Part shown: piece by piece, positions 40,800 through 50,853 of the stretch
Position numbering within the stretch: position 1 is the stretch's first letter
How the letters are laid out: the number at the start of each line of letters is the position of its first letter
Assembly: GCA_903884815.1 (NCBI GenBank)
Contig: CAISGE010000023.1
Span: 252 to 64,251, forward strand
Reading direction: 5' to 3'
Length of the DNA: 64,000 nucleotides
Origin: Candidatus Omnitrophota bacterium
GTDB lineage: Bacteria > Omnitrophota > Omnitrophia > Omnitrophales > Aquincolibacteriaceae
The notes under the pieces: generated by a model
Database searches by the model: none
Seen by the model: the letters and a program-made list of their open reading frames with translations, nothing else
What the model was told of the DNA's origin: nothing
Translations under genes and position numbers: made by a program

Positions 40800-41951
40800 T
40801 CACATATATTGTTTTAAAACGGTAATGGCCTCCAAAACTTGTCGGTCCACCCCGGGGGTCCCGTCCGGACTGTTCGAAATATCACGGTCCGGCGTCAGGC
40901 CAATCAGATCTATGACCCTCCCTGAAGGGGTGGCATATCTCGCGGTGGTCAATTTCATAGCGCTCGCGTCATCGAAAGGAACGACAGACTGCACCGAACC
41001 CTTGCCGAAGGTTTTAACCCCGATCAGTATCGCGCGCTTATGGTCCTGCATCGCGCCGGAAAAAACCTCGGAAGCGCTTGCGCTATACCCGTTCACAAGA
41101 ATCACCAGTTCAATATTAACGTAACTTCCATTTTGAGGCACGAAATATTCTTTACGTTGCTCGGCGATCTTGCTTTGGACAGATACGATCTTCTTTCCTT
41201 TCGTGAGAAAACGTTCCGCGAGCGCCACCGCCTGGGTCAGGAGACCGCCGTCATTATTCCTAAGATCGATGATCAGCGCTTTCATTCCCTGTTTCTTCAG
41301 GTCCGCGAGGGCTTTATCGACTTGAACGCTCGTGTTGTCCTGCCATCCCGAAAGGCGAAAGTAAGCGAGCGATTTCCCCACCATGCGGGCATCATGGACA
41401 GACTGGATCTCGATCTTTTGGCGCAGGATTTTGATATCCAGGATCTGCATGGAAGGCGGGCGGGAAAGGGTTACAAGTACCGGGGTGTCCACATCCCCCC
41501 GTAAGAGAGCCGATACATCCCCAACGGCTTTCTTTTCGATAGAAACTCCGTCAATTTTCAAAAGAATATCGCCCGCGAGAAGTCCGGCTTTTTCGGCGGG
41601 CTTCCCGGGTTCGACGGCCTTGATCACCACCTGTTGGTTGATCATCTCCAGAATGGCGCCGATGCCCGCATATTCGCCTTTGATCTGGATCTGGAGCAAC
41701 TTGAATCGTTCGGGCTCAATGAAATCCGAAAATCGGTCCAGGGACCCCAACATGCCTTTCATGGCCTTGTAAAGAAGCTGGCGGGGAGTGACATCACCGA
41801 CATAGGCCTCGGTGATGACGCCTACGCCTTTTGAAAAAAGTTTCAATTCCTCAATGATCCAGCCATCCCCTTCCGCAAATGCCACCGTGAGAGGAAGCAC
41901 GAAAAGCAACAGAAGACCCGGGATCAGGAAACGCCGAAGGATTCTTCCCAC
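40800..41951 (-). CDS. ctpA: Carboxy-terminal processing protease (S41, with PDZ)
   Basis: Signal peptide, PDZ domain (GDILLKIDG) and S41 catalytic region (IIDLRNNDGG…K). Confidence 0.85.
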   Translation of the reverse strand: MGRILRRFLIPGLLLLFVLPLTVAFAEGDGWIIEELKLFSKGVGVITEAYVGDVTPRQLLYKAMKGMLGSLDRFSDFIEPERFKLLQIQIKGEYAGIGAILEMINQQVVIKAVEPGKPAEKAGLLAGDILLKIDGVSIEKKAVGDVSALLRGDVDTPVLVTLSRPPSMQILDIKILRQKIEIQSVHDARMVGKSLAYFRLSGWQDNTSVQVDKALADLKKQGMKALIIDLRNNDGGLLTQAVALAERFLTKGKKIVSVQSKIAEQRKEYFVPQNGSYVNIELVILVNGYSASASEVFSGAMQDHKRAILIGVKTFGKGSVQSVVPFDDASAMKLTTARYATPSGRVIDLIGLTPDRDISNSPDGTPGVDRQVLEAITVLKQYM

Positions 41952-43027
41952 CGTTTGATTACTCCTTTTTCGTCGAAAACTGCGGTGACCCGCAGCGATT
42001 GTATTTTGTGGCTCACCCGGGCGATCACCCGCGAGCTAAAAAAGTGCGACTTAAGCGTCAGAGTCCCCGTTTGGGCGACTGCCTCAAAATTGGAGCGGTC
42101 ATTATCATTTAAATAGCTTTCATTAGCAAGCACTTGAGGGACCGTCGAAAGCTCGTCAAACGCCTGATCGTCCGCAGTCCCCTCCACTTTGTCATGCCCG
42201 GCCCGGTAGGCAAGGATTTTATCGCAAAGGGATGGGAGAAAACCGAGCGCCGCTAGGACAGTCCTGGAGGCCGTGTTCAAATTTACCTGGCCTGCACTGT
42301 CCAGGGTGATATAGGACAGGATCTGCTGATAGATCCCGGGCTTCATGCCCTTAATCCATTGGAGCTCCGCCAAGGTCACTACTTTTCCATTCCGGGGGAT
42401 ATAACCCGGACTCAAACTCTGATAGTAGGTGCTTTCAGCCCCGAGGGGAAACGTGTCATCATCAGCATCCTCCCAGTCCCTTATCGAATCCACCAGCCCC
42501 TGAGCGTCATCCTTCGTTATGGATGCGGCTAACATGAAGAGGTTTCGCAGAACATCCGGCGATTTAATAAGGTTGATATTGATCTTACGCTCCTCATCCA
42601 TGACGCCATATTGAAGAGCCTCTCCCGACGCATGGGGCTTCCCCGCCGAAGTCGCCGGCTCAAGAATTACAGAAAAGGTACCATCCCCGACTTGAATTTC
42701 TTTAAACGCGGGTTCATTCCGGCTCCAACTCTGATTGAGAGCGTCAAACGGAAGGGGTTTCTCACGGAATTTCAACAGCACATAGATCGCCTTTTGAACC
42801 CCGGCCTCTCCGACGAGGCGTAACTTCTGACGGACCTCCAACCGCGACAAGACCTGAAACTTCTGTCGCACGGTATATCCCACGGTCAGAGTAAACATCG
42901 TGATCAGAATAAGCACAAAAAAACAAACAATCAGAATACTTCCTCTTTGGTTTTCAGAATCTCTTAAAAAAAAGCGTGTAAACAAGTGACTCCCCTTTTC
43001 CTGATTGATAGAAGCTCCGCCCGGCAC
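41924..43027 (-). CDS. GspK/PilX-like minor pseudopilin
   Basis: N-terminal hydrophobic segment after a QRGS motif and the helix-hairpin-helix motif VNLNTASRTVLAAL typical of GspK. 28-nt overlap with ctpA. Confidence 0.45.
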   Translation of the reverse strand: MPGGASINQEKGSHLFTRFFLRDSENQRGSILIVCFFVLILITMFTLTVGYTVRQKFQVLSRLEVRQKLRLVGEAGVQKAIYVLLKFREKPLPFDALNQSWSRNEPAFKEIQVGDGTFSVILEPATSAGKPHASGEALQYGVMDEERKININLIKSPDVLRNLFMLAASITKDDAQGLVDSIRDWEDADDDTFPLGAESTYYQSLSPGYIPRNGKVVTLAELQWIKGMKPGIYQQILSYITLDSAGQVNLNTASRTVLAALGFLPSLCDKILAYRAGHDKVEGTADDQAFDELSTVPQVLANESYLNDNDRSNFEAVAQTGTLTLKSHFFSSRVIARVSHKIQSLRVTAVFDEKGVIKRWEESFGVS

Positions 43028-43034
43028 CGGAAGG

Positions 43035-43382
43035 TCAGACGATCCGCGCCTGGGAAGACTCGTTCGCCGTTTCTTTCTTTGCGGCAGGCGCTTTCATAGC
43101 CGCGATCTGCGTCGAAAGCTTGTCGACCTTTGCGGAAAGCTGATCGAGTTTTAAAGAGAGCTGATCGAAATAACGTTTCATGTATTTGTCCAGACCCTCG
43201 GGGCCGTAGATCCCCGCCGTATTCTCCATTTTCCGGTCCTCCGCAATATTCCAAGCAACGCCCAACTTCCGGACCGAAACGTCCTTATCGGAAGCTTCAG
43301 ATCCTGCCAACGCGACAGAGATCACACCTCCTGACACAAGAAGCATTAAAAAAAAAGCCGCAAAGTTTCGAAGCAACATCAT
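43035..43382 (-). CDS. Small secreted coiled-coil protein
   Basis: Signal peptide plus C-terminal coiled coil; 115 aa. Confidence 0.3.
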   Translation of the reverse strand: MMLLRNFAAFFLMLLVSGGVISVALAGSEASDKDVSVRKLGVAWNIAEDRKMENTAGIYGPEGLDKYMKRYFDQLSLKLDQLSAKVDKLSTQIAAMKAPAAKKETANESSQARIV

Positions 43383-43429
43383 TCACCCCCTTGAGTTCTT
43401 AAAACCTAAATGCATTCCAAAATTTCAAT

Positions 43430-46036
43430 TTACCGCCCGAGGTCTTGTTCTCGAAGTCTTTGACGATCAAGTTCGAAAACCCGGATGACCGTCCCGCCCT
43501 GAAGCGTCCCCCGGCTGACCTTCGGTTTGAAGAGTGAAAGTCCCTGACCTTGAAGATAATACAGTCTGAACAAGAGGGAACGGATAAGCCTCGCGTCGGC
43601 GAGCACGGAATATAAAGAACCTTGGTCCTCAAAAATAAGCGCAGAAATGTTCACGGCGTCCTTCTGAAACGCCTTCTCCTGGAGTTGCCCGTTTTCAACA
43701 TAGAACAAACGGGTGGGCGCACCCTGAATCCCCTTATCCGGAACAAAAACTACAGCCTCTTTTGTCGCCAGATTCACACGCAGACCGTTCCCGAATGAAA
43801 CAACGTCCCCTTCTTTCCGGGACAACGCGGCAACAGGCGTGTACTTAAGCCATTCCCCGGAAGTCTGGATGAGATCTCGAACGTATCGCGTTACAGAATC
43901 CCTTTCCAACATCCCCTCGTTGCCAGTTCCATTCTTTTTCTTCTGAGCCTGAAGACTTTTGGCTTTTCTGAAATCCCAGTTCGCGACAACGGTGACGGCA
44001 AGGTTTTGCTCCACCAGATCGTTATAGATCAGCAAGTATGAGGGGGGCACATCTCCGCGGCCGTGTGTTTTGTTCAGAAACTCTTCCTTCTGCTCCTGGG
44101 TCCAAGCCGGCGGCAGATTCCGAAGTGCTTCAGGACGGCTAAGAGGCGTGACCTTCAGGATCAGATCTACGGCCTCGGGGACATCCATCCCCCACCGCTC
44201 GAGAAGTTCGGGGGCATCATCGCCGCTGGTGTTAATCATCCGAAGGATCCCGGCGGCCTCCCTCTCGTCCTCCGCCATCAGGACCTTGGAAATCCAATAG
44301 GAAATATGCAAATGCTGGGTTCCGCCATCGACGATGACGCGCCGATGCGCGATCCCAGTGATAAAATAACCAGGCGGCCACCAGCTGTCCACGATCGCAT
44401 TCTCGGGGGTTTTCGCCCTTACATCCGTTAACGCTTCATACCAGACGTCATCCATGATCGGCCGTATCGCCATCGCTACAATATGTGCGGTTATGAGAAG
44501 TAAAGGCGCAAAAATAAGAACGACTGGGATAACCGCGACCACACGGGATATCCTCACTTTCCCGGCCAGACCCGGCAGGATCCTGGGAAGCATGCCTTGA
44601 GCCCAAGCTACAAAACGCATTGCAGCAAAACCGGAAAAGATCGCGAGGGGCAACACAAAGAGCACCGAGAATCGTTCCGTTTTAATGGACAACATCAAAA
44701 TTGGAGCCGAGAAACACAAGAAAAAGAGGAACCGGAAACGCTCCGCGGGATCCTGACGTTTGAAGACATAAAACCCTTCCCACAAAAAGCCCACCACGGC
44801 GATCGCGAACGTCACGTAGTTGCCGGTCAAAAAGATAAGTTTTCGAAGTGTGATACTCCCGGCTTCACCGACGGTCAGGAAAATATTGGGCCAGAGATCA
44901 AAATCCGCGAGCGAAAATTTATTAATGGCAAACCAATCCCGGTTCAACGAATCGATCAAAACCTCCGGGGTTAAAAAGATGGACGCCGCGGCCAGCCATC
45001 CCAAAACATAGATCCCTCCGAAGAGGAGCATTCTCTTTAAAAGATCGGACTTTGCGGTTCTTTGAAGGGCCCACAATCCAAGCGCCCCTCCGAGAAGACT
45101 TGCTGGGATAAGAACTCCAATGAAGGCCCAACCCGGCCAAAACATAGAATAAAGCCCTGTCATAAGCGAAGCTCCCAGGATCCCCGGCCAAAACCATTTT
45201 TTGTCATGAAGCCCATGGAAAACAAAGATGAGGATCAAGATCGGAAAGATATAATTATAGGGATCCGTGTCATACCATCCCAATGCACTCCTCTGTATAA
45301 AGATTGGAGAAAAGAGGATCACCGAAAGGCCGATCACACTCGCGACAAATGGGAGCCTGAGGACCTTCCCAAACCAGGCGTAAATCGGTATTATTAATAA
45401 AGTCAACAGCAGAGGAAAAAACCCAAGGGTTTTCATAAGATCTGCCTGGGGCTTGAAGAACCGGACAAGCTTATACCAATAGAGTCCCAGGTAAGGATGA
45501 AAAAGGATCTCCGTCAAATGGCCGTGCGGCGCTTCACGGAGCGGCTCAAGATATTTCCCGCCACGTTGCAACTCGGCGATCCGTCCCGTCTGAAGCAGCT
45601 TTTCTGTTTGGCCAAAAAAATAGTAGGGATCCGCTTCAAGCAGATAGTGATATCCCCCCCCCGTCCGAACGTTGGTGATGTTCAAAAGGGTGCTCTTCAC
45701 GGTCCTTTCATAATTCTCATGATCGCCAGATTTAAGATTTTGAACTTGCAGATCTGTCAGCCTCTCTCTTTCGGAGATTGGAAGCTTTGAAAATTGCTTT
45801 TCGACGGCAGAACGGACCTGCGCCCTTAGGCCTCGATCCACGATCTGGCGGGCGATAGAATCCTGAGAGCGAAGTGACACGGATGGACCGCCGTGAAGGG
45901 AATAAGTACGAAAATAGATGGCCAAAAAGGCGAGCACGAGTAGGATCAGAATTTTTTTCATCGGAAATGATGCAGACTTCGAATGTGGCATGGTCGCAAC
46001 AGACTTCCCCTCTTTAAAAATCTTTGTGTTCCTCAT
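43430..46036 (-). CDS. STT3/PglB/AglB-family oligosaccharyltransferase homolog with variant WWPPGY motif
   Basis: About 13 TM helices followed by a periplasmic domain beginning SWWPPGYFITGIAHRRVIVDGGTQHL (compare C. lari PglB [25 protein letters not shown]). EL1 loop LLEADPYYFF matches STT3 HEFDPYFNYR. Confidence 0.65.
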   Translation of the reverse strand: MRNTKIFKEGKSVATMPHSKSASFPMKKILILLVLAFLAIYFRTYSLHGGPSVSLRSQDSIARQIVDRGLRAQVRSAVEKQFSKLPISERERLTDLQVQNLKSGDHENYERTVKSTLLNITNVRTGGGYHYLLEADPYYFFGQTEKLLQTGRIAELQRGGKYLEPLREAPHGHLTEILFHPYLGLYWYKLVRFFKPQADLMKTLGFFPLLLTLLIIPIYAWFGKVLRLPFVASVIGLSVILFSPIFIQRSALGWYDTDPYNYIFPILILIFVFHGLHDKKWFWPGILGASLMTGLYSMFWPGWAFIGVLIPASLLGGALGLWALQRTAKSDLLKRMLLFGGIYVLGWLAAASIFLTPEVLIDSLNRDWFAINKFSLADFDLWPNIFLTVGEAGSITLRKLIFLTGNYVTFAIAVVGFLWEGFYVFKRQDPAERFRFLFFLCFSAPILMLSIKTERFSVLFVLPLAIFSGFAAMRFVAWAQGMLPRILPGLAGKVRISRVVAVIPVVLIFAPLLLITAHIVAMAIRPIMDDVWYEALTDVRAKTPENAIVDSWWPPGYFITGIAHRRVIVDGGTQHLHISYWISKVLMAEDEREAAGILRMINTSGDDAPELLERWGMDVPEAVDLILKVTPLSRPEALRNLPPAWTQEQKEEFLNKTHGRGDVPPSYLLIYNDLVEQNLAVTVVANWDFRKAKSLQAQKKKNGTGNEGMLERDSVTRYVRDLIQTSGEWLKYTPVAALSRKEGDVVSFGNGLRVNLATKEAVVFVPDKGIQGAPTRLFYVENGQLQEKAFQKDAVNISALIFEDQGSLYSVLADARLIRSLLFRLYYLQGQGLSLFKPKVSRGTLQGGTVIRVFELDRQRLREQDLGR

Positions 46037-46070
46037 GATCTATAGCATAATAGACTAAAATTAGCCCCCT

Positions 46071-46781
46071 ATGGAACCTAAAATTCTAATCATCGTTCCG
46101 GCCTTCAATGAGTCGGGATCCATCGCAAGGCTTATCAAAGAGATCCGCACCTCCCTACCTCAAGCCGACCTTGTCATCATCAACGATGGCTCCCGTGACC
46201 TCACAGAAGAAGAGGCCACGAAAGCCGGTGCTTTGGTCGCGACATTGCCCTTCAATCTCGGGATCGGAGGGAGTGTCCAGACGGGTTATCAGATTGCATT
46301 TGAACAAAATTATGATGTCGCGGTCCAGATCGACGGCGACGGTCAGCATGACCCCGCTTATGCCGCAGAGTTGATCCAACCCGTGCTAGAGGGCCGCTTG
46401 GACTTATGCATCGGCAGCCGATTCATGGACGGCCCCTCCTCAGAAAATTTCAGGTCCACCCCCCTCAGACGCTTCGGGATCAGGTTCTTTTGCCGTCTCC
46501 TGGGAGTATTGACGGGGCTCCAACTGACGGACCCGACCTCGGGATTCCGGGCAGCCAGCAAAGCGCTCATCAAACATTTTGCGCATTATTATCCGGTGGA
46601 TTTCCCGGAACCTGAAACCATTAAGATCGCTCAACGCCACAGTGCTCTGGTCGGAGAAATCCCTGTACGCATGCGAGAGCGACAAGGCGGCCGGTCTTCC
46701 ATACGTTATTTCACGACTCTTTATTATATGGCCAAAGTCACACTGGCCATTCTGATCGACATGCTCAAGAAAAACCCCTAG
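46071..46781 (+). CDS. GT2 glycosyltransferase (DPM1/dolichyl-phosphate glucosyltransferase-like)
   Basis: IIVPAFNE and INDGSRD motifs. Confidence 0.8.
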   Translation: MEPKILIIVPAFNESGSIARLIKEIRTSLPQADLVIINDGSRDLTEEEATKAGALVATLPFNLGIGGSVQTGYQIAFEQNYDVAVQIDGDGQHDPAYAAELIQPVLEGRLDLCIGSRFMDGPSSENFRSTPLRRFGIRFFCRLLGVLTGLQLTDPTSGFRAASKALIKHFAHYYPVDFPEPETIKIAQRHSALVGEIPVRMRERQGGRSSIRYFTTLYYMAKVTLAILIDMLKKNP

Positions 46782-46791
46782 GAGGTTTCAA

Positions 46792-47154
46792 ATGCAGCCC
46801 AAAACGTTCGCGCTCATCATGACAGCATTTATTCTGATCTCTGTTATTAATCTTATCCGACGTCAAAAAATGACTTTCAAATACGCCCTTGCCTGGCTCA
46901 CATCCTGCACCCTCGTGATCATTTTGACGATCCAGGATTCGTGGATCGGAAGCCTCGCGGAATGGGCCGGTTTTGCCCTGACAAGCAATTTTATCTTCTT
47001 CCTGCTGCTTATCTTCGTGATTTTTTTCAGTCTCCTGCTGACCATCCACATCAACGAGCAGAACAGCAGGACAGAATCCCTCGCTCAGGCGCTTGCGAAG
47101 CTGGATCATCGTCTTAAGAAACTCGAAAAGGAAGGATCCTGCAGAGGCCACTAG
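46792..47154 (+). CDS. Small 4-TM membrane protein (DUF2304-like partner of GT2)
   Basis: 120 aa immediately downstream of the GT2 gene with a C-terminal amphipathic helix. Confidence 0.35.
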   Translation: MQPKTFALIMTAFILISVINLIRRQKMTFKYALAWLTSCTLVIILTIQDSWIGSLAEWAGFALTSNFIFFLLLIFVIFFSLLLTIHINEQNSRTESLAQALAKLDHRLKKLEKEGSCRGH

Positions 47155-47318
47155 TACTGTTCTCCATTTAATCTTGGGGTTAAGAGTACTGCCCAAGTGA
47201 TTTTTTCTTTTCGTTCATGGCGAATTGGGCTGCCCCAATTTCCGTCTCACGGAAACTGATAAGAATTGGGACTGTAACGCCAACTCATGTTTTAAATTGT
47301 TAGGCGGTACTAGCGGTT

Positions 47319-48134
47319 TTATTTTAACTGGAAGGGATTGCTGGTAGTTGTAGGATTTGTGTTTTCGGAGGATACGGGAGTAGCTGTCTCTTCAGAGAAA
47401 AAACTGGAATCCTGGGATTCCTTGACGGTGTTTTCAACATAAGGTTCGGCGGGACCTTCCTCCTGTTTGATCTTGGAGATCTCCCCTCCTCGAAGCACCA
47501 ACTCAAGATAAGATGCCAGATCTTCCCGGCCCATGCTCCTTAGCTTCGAGATGGACTGCAAAGTCAACGGTGATTTCCCCATCTGAATATAGGAAAGCCC
47601 GAGGGCGTAATAAGCCTCCGGGAAATCGGGGAAATGGTCGATCGTTTTTTGAAAATATTCTGCCGCTTCTTCCGGCCTCTCCTGAGTCGTCAGCGTAAAC
47701 CAACCAAGTCCGAAATAGGCCTTAACATACTGAGGGTCGACTTCGAGTGTTTTTTTGAAATACTTTCCGGCCAGACCGGGATTGTTCGCCGGCCCCGCAT
47801 AAGTAGAGGCGAGGTTGAAAAGAGCATCGGCCAGATTGGGATCGATCCGAAGGGCCTGCTGAAAGGACCCTATGGCACTTTGAATCGATTGATTCTGCTC
47901 CAAATAAATCGTTCCAATCAGGTTGTAGATCATCGCCTGGTTAGGATCCTCATCAAGAGAAGACTTCAAAACGGCGATCGACTCGTCGTAATTCCCCGCG
48001 GTAAAGGAATCCATCGCACGCTGGTAATCCTCACGGGAAATCGCCGCCCATGAAACATGGCCGCACAAGAGGCAAAGCCCCACTGCCAGGGCAAACACTT
48101 TCATATCACAAACTCTTAGTCCCTTGGATATCAC
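47319..48134 (-). CDS. TPR-repeat lipoprotein; last gene of the T2SS/ATPase operon
   Basis: Signal/lipobox (LLCGHVS) plus about 6 TPR repeats. Overlaps PilO2 by 29 nt. Confidence 0.6.
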   Translation of the reverse strand: MISKGLRVCDMKVFALAVGLCLLCGHVSWAAISREDYQRAMDSFTAGNYDESIAVLKSSLDEDPNQAMIYNLIGTIYLEQNQSIQSAIGSFQQALRIDPNLADALFNLASTYAGPANNPGLAGKYFKKTLEVDPQYVKAYFGLGWFTLTTQERPEEAAEYFQKTIDHFPDFPEAYYALGLSYIQMGKSPLTLQSISKLRSMGREDLASYLELVLRGGEISKIKQEEGPAEPYVENTVKESQDSSFFSEETATPVSSENTNPTTTSNPFQLK

Positions 48135-48720
48135 TGATATTCTCCGAAGCGATCAAAATACGTGAAATATCAAAGGTGCACTTGGTGATTTCAGAACCCT
48201 TGGACTTGGGGCCCATGGTATAGCCTTCGACCTGAAAAAGGTAATCGGATTGTTCCAGAAGGTTAATAAAGGAGAGGACGTTCCCCAGCTTCCCTTCGCA
48301 GTCAATGCTGGTCTTATAGACCCGAAAATTGGACTTCTCCTCCACGGCCCCTGGCCGCGTGTTGGTCACCGTCACCGATTGCTGCCCCGCAAGGGTCTCG
48401 ATCTTCTTGAGAAGCGCCGCGACGATCTGCTCCTGCGTCATTTCTCCGGTATCGAGATAAGTGCTGTATTTCGAATACTCCTGCAAAATCCCCTCACGGA
48501 AAGAAACGACCCGTTTGCTGCGCCGGAGACTCTCCTTCTGGGCTTTGCCCTCTGCCTCAAGGTTTTCCATTTGCGACGTAAATGGACCGATCATGAGCCG
48601 GTCCATCAGGGCGAAAGCCAGAAAGGTCGCTGCCACAATAAAAAGAACCCTGCTTTTGCCGCTCAGTTTTGAGAAGATCTCTTCGATGTTGAAGTTAATC
48701 TCTTTTTTTCCTTTAGCCAT
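48106..48720 (-). CDS. PilO/GspM-like alignment protein
   Basis: N-terminal TM, coiled coil and periplasmic ferredoxin-like domain; 204 aa. Confidence 0.5.
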   Translation of the reverse strand: MAKGKKEINFNIEEIFSKLSGKSRVLFIVAATFLAFALMDRLMIGPFTSQMENLEAEGKAQKESLRRSKRVVSFREGILQEYSKYSTYLDTGEMTQEQIVAALLKKIETLAGQQSVTVTNTRPGAVEEKSNFRVYKTSIDCEGKLGNVLSFINLLEQSDYLFQVEGYTMGPKSKGSEITKCTFDISRILIASENISDIQGTKSL

Positions 48721-48724
48721 ACCT

Positions 48725-50299
48725 TCAAAATCCCTTCGCCAGAACGCAATCGATCACAAAATCCGCAACATCGTCCTTGCCTTCCTTACGAGACTTTGTT
48801 TCTTTGGTCTCGACCTTGCTGAAATAATTGGACTGCATGAGCTGTGTCACAAAAGCAAAAACACGCGACATGGAAGCAGCCGTCCCCGCGATGGAGACAT
48901 TCCCCTCGCTGCTGTAATTCACCTGGGAAAGATAAAGATCATCTCCGATAAACCCGTTGATCACATTGAGCACCGTAAGCTCTTTCCCGCGACTTTCGAT
49001 CAGCTTCTTCACGATGCGGTTCTTGGTGGATACGACCTCCAGGCGCTTGGCCTCTTCGCCGAATTTCTCGCTGACCTGGTCCAGCTTCTGGTTGACAATT
49101 TTTCTGAAATAGATCTTACTGCCCATGATCAGACTCGCCAAAAGAAAGACCGCCATGATCAGGATCCCGAGCCCGAGGATGTCGCGACTCGATTCCCGGA
49201 CCCGTCGCCTCAGCTTCAATTCCGGCAGAAGCAGATTGACCTTTGCCTGATCCGAATGTGCCAGCACCGAAAAGATCTCAAAAAATGAAAACTGAGGCGC
49301 CTGCTGGACGATCCCCATCACAGACTGGCTAACATTAAAATACTTCCTGTAATCAAAACTTGAAACCTCGATCTTTCCGAAATACGGAGAATCTGGTTTC
49401 CTAAACTCTTCCTCAAGAGCAACGCTACTTTCGGTAAAACCGGTAACCCACAACCGCTCGACTTGCTGCCCCACCCCTTGATCATGATAGGCGCTGATGG
49501 AACGATTCAACTCCTGGGTAAAGTCATTCCGCGCCTGCTCGGGATTCTTCTTCAAGGCGGTCGCTCCCACGGGGATATTGCGCACAAAAACAACCTGGCT
49601 CCCGTCGATCACCGTCAGCTCCGAATATTCCTCCCCCACATGAAGGCCGCCCAAAGCGCCTTTTAATGGAGCTCCTTTCGCAGCCTCGATGTAAGTTGTT
49701 GCCATGCAATCAGATGCGATAACTACTTTTTCAGTCTGGAGCCGAGCGCCTTGAAAAATGGCGGCCAGGCGATCCGCGATCTTCCGGTTGACGATAAAAA
49801 GAAGAACGCTCGTAAAATGCTGAACCAGGGACTCGAGGCACACGAAATCGATTACGATCTCATCGCGCCCGTACGGAGTAAAACGGCCGGCCTGAAGATC
49901 GATGATCTTCGAGACTTCTTCTTTTTCTGTCGAAGGAATATCCACGTTCTTGAAGATGAATTGCTTGGAGGGAATAAGGCAAAGCGCCTGCGTCGGAACC
50001 ACCTTGCGGGCCTGGCAATAGAGCAGCAGGATGTGGGAGATCTCGGCGTCCGTCTTTTTAGAAACATCCTCGGCCGCCACGCCTTCAATGAGAAAACCGC
50101 CCGGGCCCATTTGGCCATGCCCGATCTTGAGGATCTCGGAACCCAGAGACACCACTAAGGTCACGGAGGGTGCGGAAAATTTCATGAACTTCAAAAAACT
50201 CTTGCTCGGCTCACCCGGCATGCTTGTTCTCCTAGCCCCTGCACTCTGTTTCATCCCGAACACGCGCCTCCCGTGGGCATCGGGATCATCCGAACCCAT
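48725..50299 (-). CDS. PilM-PilN (GspL-like) fusion protein, second copy
   Basis: Actin-like PilM domain, TM helix ILGLGILIMAVFLLASLIMG and a PilN-like domain. Likely start MKQSAG (50254), giving a 4-nt overlap with gspJ. Confidence 0.6.
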   Translation of the reverse strand: MGSDDPDAHGRRVFGMKQSAGARRTSMPGEPSKSFLKFMKFSAPSVTLVVSLGSEILKIGHGQMGPGGFLIEGVAAEDVSKKTDAEISHILLLYCQARKVVPTQALCLIPSKQFIFKNVDIPSTEKEEVSKIIDLQAGRFTPYGRDEIVIDFVCLESLVQHFTSVLLFIVNRKIADRLAAIFQGARLQTEKVVIASDCMATTYIEAAKGAPLKGALGGLHVGEEYSELTVIDGSQVVFVRNIPVGATALKKNPEQARNDFTQELNRSISAYHDQGVGQQVERLWVTGFTESSVALEEEFRKPDSPYFGKIEVSSFDYRKYFNVSQSVMGIVQQAPQFSFFEIFSVLAHSDQAKVNLLLPELKLRRRVRESSRDILGLGILIMAVFLLASLIMGSKIYFRKIVNQKLDQVSEKFGEEAKRLEVVSTKNRIVKKLIESRGKELTVLNVINGFIGDDLYLSQVNYSSEGNVSIAGTAASMSRVFAFVTQLMQSNYFSKVETKETKSRKEGKDDVADFVIDCVLAKGF

Positions 50300-50853
50300 T
50301 TACGATGATTCATTTCTTTCGTCTCAATTGTAATCTTAACGGTCTCGGGAAAACAATCTTTATTCCACTGAGACACCCATCGATAATCTTTAGCCCTGGA
50401 ATCATAGGTATAATACTCCAGTGCAAAAGAGATCACACGATCGAGGATGGAATCGGATGTCCTCGGCAGTTTTTTCGCTGCCGTAAGGACCTCTTCGAAG
50501 GCATATTTTCGGGATATCACAGTACCCGCTTTGGAATCAAACACGTATTGGAAATAGACGGGCACCGGTGGTACCGACAACCGAGTTCCGTCACTGCCTA
50601 GGGTCGCAAAAAAAAACTCGGTCTGGTTCCCCTTCATGGCCCACTGGGGGTCATGAAAAGCATTACGAAGGTCTCCGGTGAGCCGCTCCCCCCAAAGATC
50701 CAACTTCCATTCACCGCGATCCTTAGAGGCGCGCGTCCAAAGGCGGAGACCTTGAGCAAACGTGGCATAGATCGCAGTGCCCAGCGAGGCCGTAATCACG
50801 ATCACCACGATCATTTCAACGAACGTAAACCCCTTAGCCCTTCCAATCCGCAT
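50251..50853 (-). CDS. Minor pseudopilin GspJ/PilW-like
   Basis: Prepilin signal MRIGRAKG|FTFVEMIVVIVI; 200 aa. Confidence 0.55.
   Translation of the reverse strand: MRIGRAKGFTFVEMIVVIVITASLGTAIYATFAQGLRLWTRASKDRGEWKLDLWGERLTGDLRNAFHDPQWAMKGNQTEFFFATLGSDGTRLSVPPVPVYFQYVFDSKAGTVISRKYAFEEVLTAAKKLPRTSDSILDRVISFALEYYTYDSRAKDYRWVSQWNKDCFPETVKITIETKEMNHRKWVRMIPMPTGGACSG

Noticed and set aside
43035-43382. Small secreted coiled-coil protein considered as a possible cryptic pseudopilin between the GspK-like gene and the oligosaccharyltransferase.
   Set aside because: It has a cleavable type I signal peptide and no class III (G|FTLxE) prepilin motif.
46792-47154. Looked for an F-type a-subunit (atpB) among small polytopic membrane ORFs: 46792-47154, 38300-38773, 40284-40763, and the whole window.
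   Set aside because: None has the five-helix topology with the conserved Arg in an LSLRLFGN-like motif. 46792-47154 is a 4-TM DUF2304-like GT2 partner. The a-subunit is genuinely absent from this window.
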